In this document: positions 15,552 to 28,132 of the stretch, piece by piece
Layout of the letters: each line of letters starts with the position of its first letter
Numbering within the stretch: position 1 is the first letter of the stretch
Assembly: GCA_012295275.1 (NCBI GenBank)
Contig: CM022672.1
Span: 23,064,001-23,128,000 of the forward strand
Origin: Chrysomallon squamiferum
Taxonomy: Eukaryota > Animalia > Mollusca
DNA length: 64,000 bases
Direction: 5' to 3'
Position numbers and translations under genes: made by a program
The notes under the pieces: generated by a model
The model's input: only the letters and a program-made list of their open reading frames with translations
What the model was told of the DNA's origin: nothing
The model's database searches: none

Positions 15552-15597
<46 letters not shown>

Positions 15598-16330
15598 GAT
15601 AAAATGTGATTAGACTATAGTCATTTGTTTGGGATATGAAATCAAACATTCCAGCATTTGCAGAAATAATACGATAAACTGTCTTTGAAGATTCAAGCAA
15701 TTTGGTATAAATTAAAGACGGCAAATTTTGTTTCTCCGAAATCGGTATAATACGGTAGAGAACACGGCAATTTGTCTTGAAGATGAATACGGCTTGTGTT
15801 GAGACAACTGCTGCACATCATCAAAGCACAGAGCATGGAACACCTTTGAAAAATGTCTGTCGGTTTTAAGAGGTTTACGTCGAGTCTTTGATCCTGCGCA
15901 GTCTGGCATGCAGCGGATGCGCTGTACGGTGGGTGCGCGCGCCAGAACAACAACCGTTCGTGTCTCTCCGCCGTTTTGCACCTGCGCTAAGCCAAATGTT
16001 TCCATAACTTATTTGCTGTTTGCAGTTCACCGAGAGACAGCGTTTAGCTGTTAACCAGCTCAGAGGAAAGCAAACAGAATGAAAATGAAATACGAACTCT
16101 TAGAGCATTTTTTTAAATAAAAGTAATTGTTCTATGTACATATTACAAAGAAGATGATGAAATAAGTAAGTTTCGTAAATTGACTTAAAAAATAATGACA
16201 AGTATTAAATGTGGCAGGAGTAAATCTATTCAGTACGATAATGCCTGTATTCATTTAGGATCATTTGATTTGTACTGCTTTTATAATAGTTTACAGTTAT
16301 CTGTTTATTTCCTCATCTTTCGCATAATAT

Positions 16331-16416
<86 letters not shown>

Positions 16417-16453
16417 TATGGGAGTTTTCATTCACTTTTATTTTACTTTTTAG

Positions 16454-16486
<33 letters not shown>

Positions 16487-17236
16487 GGGTGTGTGTGTTG
16501 TCTGTTTTACTAGATTTATAAAAATAAGGTTACACTGGATCAAGATGCATGGTCGTTAGCACTGCACCGTTAATGTACAAAATAAGCAGAGATCTGACAG
16601 GGCTTTGCGAACTATAAATTATCTTGAACCTGTTTGATTAAAATTGTGTTAGCACTAAACTAATTTATATATTAAATATACAAGCTAGATGTCTAATTCT
16701 ATTAATGTGTTTTTTTTTTGTTGTTTTTTTCTAGTTAAAAATATAAAACTATCAAAAAGATCCAACGACCTTTTTAATAGTAAACTTCAGCTTCCTCAAG
16801 ACTGAATCAGACACAGAGGCACCTTTATTTGAATAATACGGTTACAAAGTTATTTCCCCTAGAACACGGCCTTCCGAAGTAATTGCTCTTTCGAAAGACA
16901 ATTCCGCTTTAATTGTTCCGGCTGCCAGGATGGCACCAAAACCCACCCAGGCAGAGCTGCCAACGGTATAGAGGGCCATTAGGGAAACTCTGTATTCATT
17001 AAGGCCAGCATGTTGTTTCTGTTTCCAATAATGTACGACATCTGGTCTCTTTTTTCAGCCGATTGTACGGTGATTAAGATGGCCCAACAGCCATAAATTA
17101 CTGGTTTTCAATGAACATCACAAGACATCCGTCTTTAGCATTAATGAGAGAAGTAGATCTGTATGCAGGTTAATAGGAATTAAATAATAACAATAATATG
17201 TATATAAAAAAACATTTAGCGCTTATGGGAAACATT

Positions 17237-17270
<34 letters not shown>

Positions 17271-17456
17271 TGATATCGAATGAAAAGAATTATTACGAAA
17301 ATAAAACGGTTGATAATAAACAACTATATAATTTATATTGTATATATAATTATTTTTGGGTTATAATAAACAAAGTAGTCTAAACATGTTTAAAACACAA
17401 ATTAATTATAATTTTCAGAACATATTGTTGTATAAATATCTATCTATCTATCTATA

Positions 17457-17949
17457 TAGTGGTACCTCGACATAGGAGCAGTCGTCCTGGCGATTTTTTG
17501 CTTTGAGTTGCGAGCCAGAATCCTAGTTACGAGCGTGTTTCAGATTCGCCGCCGCTAGTTGGCGCAACGAACAACAAAACATCCGGCCAGCATCCCGCGT
17601 CTCACTCGTTTATTCCACATGGTTACCTCCCTGCGGAAGGATCTCTGTTGTGTTGTGCTCGCGTTTTGTGCAGTAGTTTGCCAAATTGACAGTGCTGGTA
17701 AGAAGAAGCGGATGATGTCCATTGAATTAAAGCTTAAATTCATAGGATATGTACGATATGTATCATACTGAAGCTGAAGGAGTCGATAAAGGCTGTAACT
17801 CCAGCCAAAGGCGTTAAAATAATTTCTATGATCTCCAAGATAAATACTCTTACAAAACCAATTTATTTCTTTACATTCTCTTTTTTTTTTCTTTTTTCTT
17901 CTTCTTTTTTTTTTTTAATAAATCAATTTTCTTATTTAAAAACACGTTA

Positions 17950-18010
<61 letters not shown>

Positions 18011-18150
18011 GTGGGATGGTTTTTGGGGGCTGGAACGGATTAATGGTATTTCAATTAATTTCAGTTGGGAAAACTGATTTGACATACGAGCAAATTGAAA
18101 TACAAGCTCAGTCACAGGACGAATTAAACTCGCAAATCAAGGTATAATTA
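17457..18150 (+). mobile_element. Internally deleted pogo/Tigger-family DNA transposon
   Basis: The left end reads TA|tagtggtacctcgacata (Tigger-type CAGTGGTACCTCG TIR); the right end is degenerate (ctcgcaaatcaaggtataatta). Transposase N-terminal relics DSAGKKKRMMSIELK (17688-17732) and TICIILKLKESIKAVTPAKGVKIIS (17753-17827) resemble the CENP-B/psq HTH region of TIGD1-like transposases. Confidence 0.75.
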
Positions 18151-19513
18151 AACTGAAGGTTTACATTGTTTAATATTTTAGAACCTTATGGAATGAATGT
18201 GATGATTTTAGTGAAAATAAATTATGTGTTTTAAACAACACAGAGAATACAAAATACACCAGATTACCAAATTAATTTTATAGGTAAAGAGCTTCACTTG
18301 AAACAATGCTTAGGTCTGTATGTTGTCATTACTACAGTCACTCACTCACACTCACAAACACACACACAGACACAGCTACACACACACAGACACAGATACA
18401 GACACACAAACACACATATACAGAATTAGCTTCATAATAATGGGAACAAAAAAAATCTGATTTTTCTTTAAAGTTGTAATGTCAGAAATACCTTACAGTA
18501 CTAATCTGATGTTAATAACACTAATGAAAATTACTATCCTAAAAATGTACTTTGATGTTAGCATATGAATTCCAAGTTCTCTTTTATGTTTTTATTTTGT
18601 TTTGGTTTTGGTATGTGCACATACTTTCACCGTTACAATTAATGACAAGCAAGTGTTTACCAACATAAATATTAAAATAAAGACATAATTAAATTATTAC
18701 TAATGGTGAAATACTATCTTTTAATTGACATGCACAAAGATAAAAAAAATCACAGGTTTGGTAATATTAGACACACTTTCTGCTGCCCTTGTTCAGGACA
18801 TATTTAATTTGATTTACTCCTCAAAAATTAGATAAAAGGAAATAAGGTCATTTATGTTAATTCAGAGAGTAAACAATTTTGGTCTGGAATATTTGAAATT
18901 ATGTCAAAAAAACACAAAATATTTGTTTAGGTACAAAAAAAAAAAAAAAAAAAGAATAATGTTAATTTGATAGCAATAAAAGAAAAAGATAAATAATAAT
19001 CTTTTTGGCTCAACATGGATTTCTTGAATTTATTTATTTTTTTTTTTAAAAAAAGAAAGAAAGAAAGAAAGATATACTTTAAAAAAATTTAAAAATATTT
19101 TAAGTGTACATATTAGACTTAAAATATAATTTTATTAAAAAACAAACAGATTAATTACATTCTTGTTTTGCCATTCTAAGGACAGAAACAATAACAAAAA
19201 TGTGAAAAAAAAACAAAAATATAATCAAAATTCCAGTGTTCAAATCCTTAATAACAATAAAATAAATACATGCTTTCAGATGGAATGACATATATCATTT
19301 GATAATTTGTCTCTTTGATGTACAGTTACTATGATGCGATACTTTACAGACAGACGTTAGGTAATGCTGATAGTCTGAAGTTTGTTATTAATGGATAGAC
19401 CATTAAAGAATGAAATAAATATATATTGATCTTTATGAGCATGGTTCTCAAGTTCTTGGTCTCATCTGTGAATGTTATAAACCTTGTTATAATTTCAGTC
19501 TTGCATCTAAAAT

Positions 19514-20099
19514 CTAGGATGCTAAGCTGTCCATCATAGAATCTGCTTGTTTCAGTTCTGAAATAGCAAATTAAAAAATTAACTATAACATTTTATTTTT
19601 GTTTTTTATTCTGAAATTATTTTTTCTTCTTAATAAATATATAAGATCTGGTATCAGAGTGTGTCCTATGAGTTATTATTACTGTATACAAGAATCTTGT
19701 GTTTCACACCAAATAATATTAATATCTTTAAACAAAAAAAGTTAATTAAATTTTGGTCAATTGGTCCTTTAAATTTCATTTCAATAACACTTTCAAACTA
19801 ACTCTATCACCCTTTCATGGCCAATGTGACATTAACATTATTCCTCCATCCACTGATTCATTCATCATTCCTCTGATCACCATTTACTGAACTGGTGAAA
19901 GGTTGCTAATAGTGTATAAATTTATACCATTTAGAAGAACTCTGAATTTATCGGAGGAGAGGGTGAAGGTTACTGGAGTTACAGCCTGAGTCTGTGGATC
20001 TTTTTTCTCCAGTCTCAGCTGAACACAAGGCTCATTAACCTCCTGTAAAACAGATACAAAAACGTTTATAATCAAACACTTGGTATCCTGTTAGAAAAT

Positions 20100-20141
<42 letters not shown>

Positions 20142-20415
20142 GATGTAAAATAAAAGAAACTGAAAATGTGATTGTAATTATTTAGTATTGAAAAAAGAAA
20201 AAAAATTTTCCATAGATTAAAAAGTATTATTTGAAATTATGAAAAAATACTAATACCCTTAGAGTGAAAAGGAATTATTTGAAAATGGGGGAAAAGAAAA
20301 AAACAACAACAAAAGACAAGAAAGAAATTAAAACCAACTGAAAATACATCACTGAATGTTATGACTACATTTCCAAGACACAGCAGCTCATTACGTTAAC
20401 AGAAATAAATATTCC

Positions 20416-20446
<31 letters not shown>

Positions 20447-21313
20447 TCCTTATATTGAAAAATACTAGTTAATGATTTAAGATTATCCAACAATTTATGA
20501 TAAATATTTTAAAAATATAATTAATATCTAGTGAAAATAAAAAGAAGAAAAAAGTGTTTTAAATAAATAAACTGATACTCACAGACAATTCACTAGATGA
20601 GAGAATATAATCAACTCTCCATTTCACTGATTCTAAACTTGACACTGAAAATATTTTAACATAAATTTCTAACAAAACCAGATGAATAATGAGAAGGAAA
20701 AAAAGAACGTAACAACAAAAAACCTATCAGTAAAACTCAATGAAGTAAAAAACAAATATAACTGAAGTTGATACTTCAGATCAAATTCATGCATACTCAG
20801 TCTTACAAGAATTGTTTCTCCACCACTGTGCAGCAAAAAAAATATGTATTGAAAGTCTAAATACTATCATGCTTATTATTTCAATACCATTCTATGAATG
20901 CTTTTATAGGTATTATTTAGAGATAGTAATATTTTTTCAAAATAACCTTAACTGATGTTTTTACTGTTTATTAATATAACATTTTAAATAGTCAGATGAA
21001 GGACAGTTACAATTAAAATTATCTTAGCAAAGTAGACTCCAAGTAAAATAAGGGACATAACTCTATAAAAATAATTCTTTTTTTGTGTGGAAAACTTACA
21101 TCGAAGACTTTTTGTTTTTAACTGTGCTTGCAACTTCTCTAGATTATCACTGTATGACTTACAAAGAGCTCCTGCATGTTCTGAAAATACAAATCAATGT
21201 TTTAAATTTTTTTAAAATACTTAAAATAACAATATAAAAGTATACATACAAGAAACATGGAACATTATTATGATAGTTATTGCTTTTATAATTATAAACA
21301 ATAAAAAAAAAAT

Positions 21314-21357
<44 letters not shown>

Positions 21358-22042
21358 TGGCTTTTTCTTAATAAGGTATGTAATTTAGCTGTTGTTGAAG
21401 CTGCTCTACCTTTTGGAAGACCCAGCTGTTGCATCTCACTGGACAGTGTCTCTCCATCCACATTATATTTAGCTGCACTAGACAGGATGAAGGCTAAAGC
21501 TGCAATACTTGCTTTGATATCACCAGTCTCTGAAATCATTCCAAATATCTGAGCTTATTTACTTTTCTTAGAACGATAAATAAACTGTTATTCAAAAATA
21601 TTATTTATGACACCTATATTTTGAAATGTTTATGTAATAAATGTTTGATGTACCAAACTGTAATAAAAGATCATGTAGTTTTTACTTTAAGTTATCACAT
21701 ACATTTAATCTATATTATGAATGTTCTATAATAGAAATTAAAAATAATAGAAATATGCCAACATACCAAATTTAGCATCAGCTGTGAGCTTGCCGACTTT
21801 CTCATACTAAACATTAAAAATTACAAAAATATGTAAAAAGCAGGAATAGTAAAAACAAATAATATATGAATTTATTGAAATTTAGTCGTCATAATAATTG
21901 GTATTGAATTTTCTGAATTAGATAAATTAATCAAATATTCACATATGGAAAATAAGTGGAACAGTAAAATACTCTTACAGAGTCTTTTTTTGTCTTTTTT
22001 TGTTCTTTTAAAATACATACTGGACACTATAAATAAATAGTC

Positions 22043-22080
<38 letters not shown>

Positions 22081-22267
22081 ATTAAGCATTGTCCACCCAC
22101 TGAAATTTAGCATTCTTCTAAATCAGGGGCTGGCAACCTTTTGGAAAGAGAGGGTCAGACAGCTATACAGTGTTTTGGAGGAGGGACAAGATATCAGATA
22201 TATCTCTCACTCACACACGCGTGCACACACACATGCACAAACACACACATGCACAAACACACACACA

Positions 22268-22300
<33 letters not shown>

Positions 22301-23256
22301 TGATATATATATATAAAATTGCTTTGGTCTGGAGGTTTAAAGAAAAAACAACAAAGTTAATGTAATAATTGGTGTCCAAGTGTCAGCCGGACTGAAATCC
22401 CTCACAGGCCAGATGTGGCCCACAATCCAAGGGTTGCCATCCCCTGTTCTAAATTCTGGTGCTAGATAAAGCAGAGTCTATTCTTGGTACTCTAAGATTG
22501 ATCTTGGGGTATTAACTTCATTTGATGCCTATGAAAATCATTTTAAAGATAATGCAGTTAAACAATGTTAATATTCCTGTTTCAGACACAGTTGTGAATA
22601 TTGTAGATGGACAGAATACTTACATCAATACCTTCTCCTAACATATCTTTAAGAACCTGAACACATAGCAGTTTCATTTTCACTGATGTCTGTATGAAAG
22701 AAATAATTGGAAATACACTTTTAAAAAATATATTTATTTAGTTGCATCAACCAACAAGTCTATAGAAATATAATCCATACTGTATAATCAAGACAGGATA
22801 AATTCTTTATATCCATCCATGCTCAGAGTGTAAAATAATTTACTTTAATTTATTTTTGTATTATTTACCTGTTCATGTAATAAAATAAACCTAGTAATAC
22901 CATCAAATGTTGTTTATCTATATTTTTTATTACTTACTATTTTTGATAGTGTGCTGATTTCTGCCAGAACCCAATCTGGGCAGTCAAGATCTCCACGAAA
23001 TCGAAATCTCTGAAAAATATTAATTATTATCTGATTCACTGTATATCAGTCAGGAAATAATAATCTATATTCAAAATATTAATTTTAAAATGTGACAACA
23101 CACACACATATTTGTGTAAAGTTATAACAAATATTTAATGATAAATGTTTTAAATGTTAGGACATTTTGTTGTTGTTTTCTTAAGCTGTCATCTGTCAAC
23201 TGTTTAATATGTCAGTATCAAGAAATAATAGTACGATATTGAATGTAACTTACCAT
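19514..23256 (-). CDS. COMMD4: COMM domain-containing protein 4 (200 aa)
   Basis: Exons (-): 23256-23254 (ATG|gtaagt), 23009-22938, 22689-22624, 21806-21767, 21529-21410, 21180-21100, 20644-20583, 20042-19928, 19557-19514. All introns are GT-AG and the 603 nt form an open frame. Protein [50 protein letters not shown]...[30 protein letters not shown]...[11 protein letters not shown]...[22 protein letters not shown] is collinear with COMMD4. Confidence 0.96.
22124..22446. mobile_element. hAT (Charlie/Buster-type) MITE in COMMD4 intron 3
   Basis: TIRs caggggctggcaacc / ggttgccatcccctg match at 14 of 15 positions. There is a perfect 8-bp TSD ttctaaat (22116-22123 and 22447-22454) with a central TA, and an internal (CA)n tract. 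Confidence 0.9.
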
Positions 23257-23700
23257 AATTATAAAAGAAATAACGAACACACTATAAATTCTATGCAATA
23301 ATCTTGACAAATTTTATATAATTTAAGTTTATTTAAGATAAAGAAAACGAAAACACCCTTTTATTACAGACTAATTTTCTAAATAATGTTACGTTTTCAC
23401 TAATGCCAACCTGGTGTTTATTTAACCTAGGAGTACATACCAGTGCATTTTGTGACGACGAACTGCGCCACCTATAGGATATGGTGTTTTAGGTGTCACG
23501 CTGTAATTTAGAAATCTGCTGCACTAGTGCAAACTATATTACAAAAGCATTTTTTAAATAATGTTTTAATTTATTTGGTTTTGTAAATACATCTGGATTA
23601 CATTCATTTCATTTCTTCAAAGTATGTATTCAGTATTTTCGTTGATATTGCATCAAATTGTTAAGGACTGATAACTCGTATAATAAACTTTATAAATAAT
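23257..23700. promoter_or_regulatory. Putative bidirectional promoter of COMMD4/MRPL9 with a CTCF-like site
   Basis: The divergent ATGs are ~1 kb apart (23256 and 24267) and CpG is locally retained. gcgccacctatagg at 23465-23478 resembles the CTCF core. A possible MRPL9 5' UTR donor (gtatgt) lies at 23622. Confidence 0.55.
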
Positions 23701-24266
23701 AAAGAGCAATTTTACTGAAGATATAATAAAAACAGTTATTGGAATGTTAATTAAGTAGAATGAAAGATTGAAATAATAATATACATGACATATTAATGTG
23801 CTACAAATATTTTGGAAGACTAATGTTGTAATATAATTTTAAAAAACAAAAATGATACTGGTCACGTTTCATACACTAACTAGTAACTATGACTCTTGAC
23901 ATATTTTTCATTTGGTCTTGGCGATTGTTCAGACTGATTTAATATATATATATATGTATATAACTACAGTCTGATTACTAATTGATTTGATATGAATCTG
24001 TTTGGAAATTCTTGATCAGTTCCTTTTATTAACAGTCACAGTGTTAATGTGTTTTAGAGCCTTTAGGATCATTGGCAATTCAGTCTGTATTCCATTTCAG
24101 TAATGTTCCATATAGTAAACAATACCAGATGGTGATTGTTATATGCTGGCATCGACTTAATCATAACCAGTATGATGAATATATTTTTCATAATTGTTGA
24201 CATTGAATGCATAATTAAATAAAATATTTCTACCATCCTACAGAATTTTCCTTTTTATTTGTTTAG

Positions 24267-24362
24267 ATGTTGCGTTCGGCTCTACATGCTGGGAAGGATA
24301 CCTGCAGTCGATTCCTCCAGCCTATTTTTCGTGGATCGTCATGCATTAATGTTGAACAGACT

Positions 24363-24399
<37 letters not shown>

Positions 24400-27157
24400 C
24401 TTAGTGCAACAAATAATAATAATAAAAAATATTTTAAAAATAATGTTAAGAAAAATAATGGGACTTGACTGAGGGAGCTAGATTAAATTTGTTTAAGTAT
24501 AAATATTGGTTAATGAGAACAGAAAGTAATTTATTATTTGTTATATATTTTTAATTAGAATATTTGCTATTTTCATCTTAAGAATCTCAGATGGATTGTT
24601 GAATGTTTCTGTATTTTTAATTATATTTTAGATTTTCTTAATTATAATTTTTAATTTAAAATGTAATTTTAGTTTTAAGATTTGAAACAAAAAATAATAT
24701 ATTAATCTTTCTTTTTCAATTTTCAGAACACAGTTGTTGTAGAAAGAATGTATCCTGTTTTACTTGCTAAGAAAGGCCACCCTCCTAGACTGAAGAAAAG
24801 AAATCAAGTTTTAAATCTGGTGGAACGAGTACACAACAAAAAATTAGCACCTATCACCTGCATTCTCACTGATTATGTGGAAGGTTTACTTTATCATTTA
24901 TTTGTAATAATTATATATATTTAAATATATAACACATGTGTATATTTTTAATTATCATATATTCTGTGTTTGGACTTAGACAGATTTATGATTTACAAAC
25001 TAATATTTTCACTTGTGGGTAACCTGTATTAGCTAATGCATTTTTGTGATTAGGTTTTGCAAAAGTTTATTTATTTATTAATGACTTTGTTTATGTCTTA
25101 TATATATATAACTATTTATAGTCTACTTTGCTTTTGATATTTCTTTTATCAAAGTACTAAACACAATATGTAAGCTTCCATCTTAATGTTTTATTTGTAT
25201 CACCTGACCAATCTTTGTTAACAATAAAGTATGGATGTAAAATAATAATAATGTTTTCAGGTATTGGAGTTGAAGGAGATGTAGTTGAAGTGAAGAGAAG
25301 TCTGTTCAGAAATCATTTGTTGCCAGCTGGTTTGGCAGTGTATGCATCTCCAGAAAATCTGGAAGAACTGAAGAAAAAAATGGAGGTAACTGTAGCAACA
25401 AAATTAATTTATCTCTAGTATCTTTCTTAATAGGAGTCATAAACAGAAAAAAAAAAAGAAAAAAAAAAAAGTGCTTTATTTTTATATACATGATATATCA
25501 GACAGATAACTATTTTATGAAAACATCATCTCGAACAGAAACATTTAACACTGAAGTTTATTTCTCATTCATTCCAGTACTTTATGACTGGTTTTTCAAA
25601 ACATGAGAAAATCAGCAATGAAAGATCCCTTGCTTAATCCAGGGTTACATCATTTTTCTTTAAATAATTACATTTTAATTTAATTTCAGGGAAAAGATGT
25701 AGTAGAAGCACCAAAGCTTACAGCATTTGCTAAAATGGTAAGAAAATTAAATCAGTAAATTTATTAACTTATTTATGAAGAGCTGGTAGAAACTATTACG
25801 GTAATTCTTTCAATATTTCAGAAACTGAAAATAAAACATCAAACAAGAAACAAAATAACAAAAATATGCCAGATATTGGAATATCCTCTGTCTTTTCAGA
25901 CAATTGAATTTGTTATAAAAACATTTTTAAAATTATTTTTCTGATAAGAATATCCATGATGTAGAAAAGGGTGTTTCTTCAGATTATTATTATTAAAAAA
26001 AAAAGAGAAGAATCAGAACTTTCCCAAACTTGGAAAACAAAAATAATATTAATCATTTAATGTAATTGTTGAATGAATGGCTCAAGTAAAATGGATTTTG
26101 AATTGTTTTTCTTTATATCACAGACTATGAAGCAGCTGGAAGGAATGATTCTGCGAATTCCCATGAGTGGTGACAATCCGTGGATTTTAGATAAATCTCA
26201 TGTCAGGATTGCCTTCAGACGATCTGTAAGTTTTAAAAATAATATATCTTGTTCTTGTTATTGGATACACAAACACAAATGCAGACACACACACACAGCA
26301 GGACAGGTTACACAACTATAAATATAATTCATATTTATGTATTTAATTATGCTTTAGTACTTACATTCATCCAGACTTGTATATGTATATATATTTAGGC
26401 ACTGCACTAACAAATAATGTATTAACGTTAGAAATAAATAAATAATGGTTTACAATGGTTGTATATTTATTTTGTTGCAGGGTGTAATGTTGAATGAAGA
26501 CTGTTTAATGTTACCTAGTGAACCAATCACGGAACCACAAGAAATTGAAGTAACAGTGAAGGTAACTGTTTATATACTTTATATGTTAGACTGATTTAAT
26601 AATCTGATCTGAATGTCCTTTTTTTATTTTTTTAGTAATAATATTTATCATGTATCAAGTCATAAAGTTTTATATGAGTGGATCACAACATCCACTCTAT
26701 GGATTACATTATTTGGTAAAAAATAGAAATCTTTCTAATATATACTTTATCATATTTTAGTAAGTATGTTATTGGACATCCTGAGGTGTGATCCAGTGAG
26801 CCATCACTTCTCAGAAACTGTAATCTGCTTTTCAGTTAACAGTTGTTTATTAAATCAGTTATAGATATTTTTACAATAAAGAAAAATTAACCAATTATAC
26901 AGTTATAATTTTTAAAGTTTTATGACAATTTATCAGTTCACTGGCTTGCAGAAGATTAAAGTTTTTAAACAAATTTTTGGATGATAAATAGTTGAAAGAT
27001 TTTTGGTTATTCTTTATTGCAGGTAAATAAGTTGGCAGATGTCAAAGTGAAAGCTATAGTTTATCATGTATTCAAAGACCCAGAAAAGAACATACCTCCA
27101 GAGTTACCTCCCATTTGGAAACCTTCAGTCAGAGCTAAACCTGAACAGAGACAATGA
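24267..27157 (+). CDS. MRPL9: Mitochondrial large ribosomal subunit protein bL9m (248 aa)
   Basis: Exons (+): 24267-24365, 24727-24883, 25261-25385, 25690-25737, 26124-26225, 26481-26561, 27023-27157. All introns are GT-AG and the 747 nt form an open frame. It has a presequence-like N-terminus (MLRSALH...), TVVVER...PRL, the L9 signature [40 protein letters not shown] and a PW.L...HV motif. AATAAA at 27295. Confidence 0.95.
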
Positions 27158-28005
27158 ATACATTTTTTTATGTTTTGAAAAAAGGATTTAACGCTTATGT
27201 AACAGAATGTGAATCATAACAGAAATATTTTTTGGTTTGTAATGTCAAATATAATAAGTAGTTTCAAAAAAGTATTGGACAACAAATACTGACAAATAAA
27301 TATTTATTTTGGAAAATGGTTTTGTCTTTTGTTGTTTTGTTTTCAGTAATTAACTGGTTTGGTGATTGTGGTAATAAATAATATTTATGTAGAAAGAAAT
27401 AATAATGTCAAACAAATGTGTGTGTAGAATCCTACACTATTTGAATGATAATACCATGAAATGAAGCAAAACAGAATTAAATCAAACACCATGAAATAAA
27501 ACAAAACAGAATTAAATCCAAACATGACTAAAAAAAAAGTGTTCTGTGTAATGTTTTTCAGAGGTAAAATATAATGATCATTAAGTTTGTGAACAGTTCA
27601 CGTTAGAATTCACATTCTAATCTAACCAAAATTTTAAAATCGAAAACATGATATTTAATAATTTATTCCAAAAAATGCTTAAAGCATAAAATCGTACTTC
27701 ATTGACACCATTTTGATAAAACACAGCTAATCTGTTAATTACTTAATAATACAGCAGTGGGCACAGTACTGTTTTCAATTTTATATTTAAGCAAAAACAC
27801 GTAATAAAACGTACAAAAATATCTGATTTTTATTATGAACATTATTCTGTTAAAAGCCACTGATTTTTAATAGTTTAGCTTATTTTCTAAATTTGATTAT
27901 CTTGTTATTTTTATGGAGGTTCATTCACAATTCTCGATCATATCCGCAGAAAATTTAATCGAATTTATTTAATAATAACTAGGGAATGTCGCGGACATTT
28001 TAAAA

Positions 28006-28119
28006 ATGGTGGAATTTACCAGTAACAAAACTGCAATGTCAGCGCCTATGGAAGGGAAACCTCAACATGATGGTATTATAGAGGAAAAGAGAACAAATGT
28101 ATGGAAGAATGATGTTTGA
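28006..28119 (+). other. Candidate upstream ORF (37 aa) in the FAM204A leader
   Basis: It starts in an aaaaATGg context, reads MVEFTSNKTAMSAPMEGKPQHDGIIEEKRTNVWKNDV*, and ends 13 nt before the FAM204A ATG. The transcription start is unknown. Confidence 0.35.
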
Positions 28120-28132
28120 CTGAAAAATTTAA

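Noticed and set aside
17790-19987. 15-bp inverted match (aggctgtaactccag) between the Tigger relic and COMMD4 exon 8
   Set aside because: Each copy is explained by its own coding context (both encode AVTP), so it is most likely chance.
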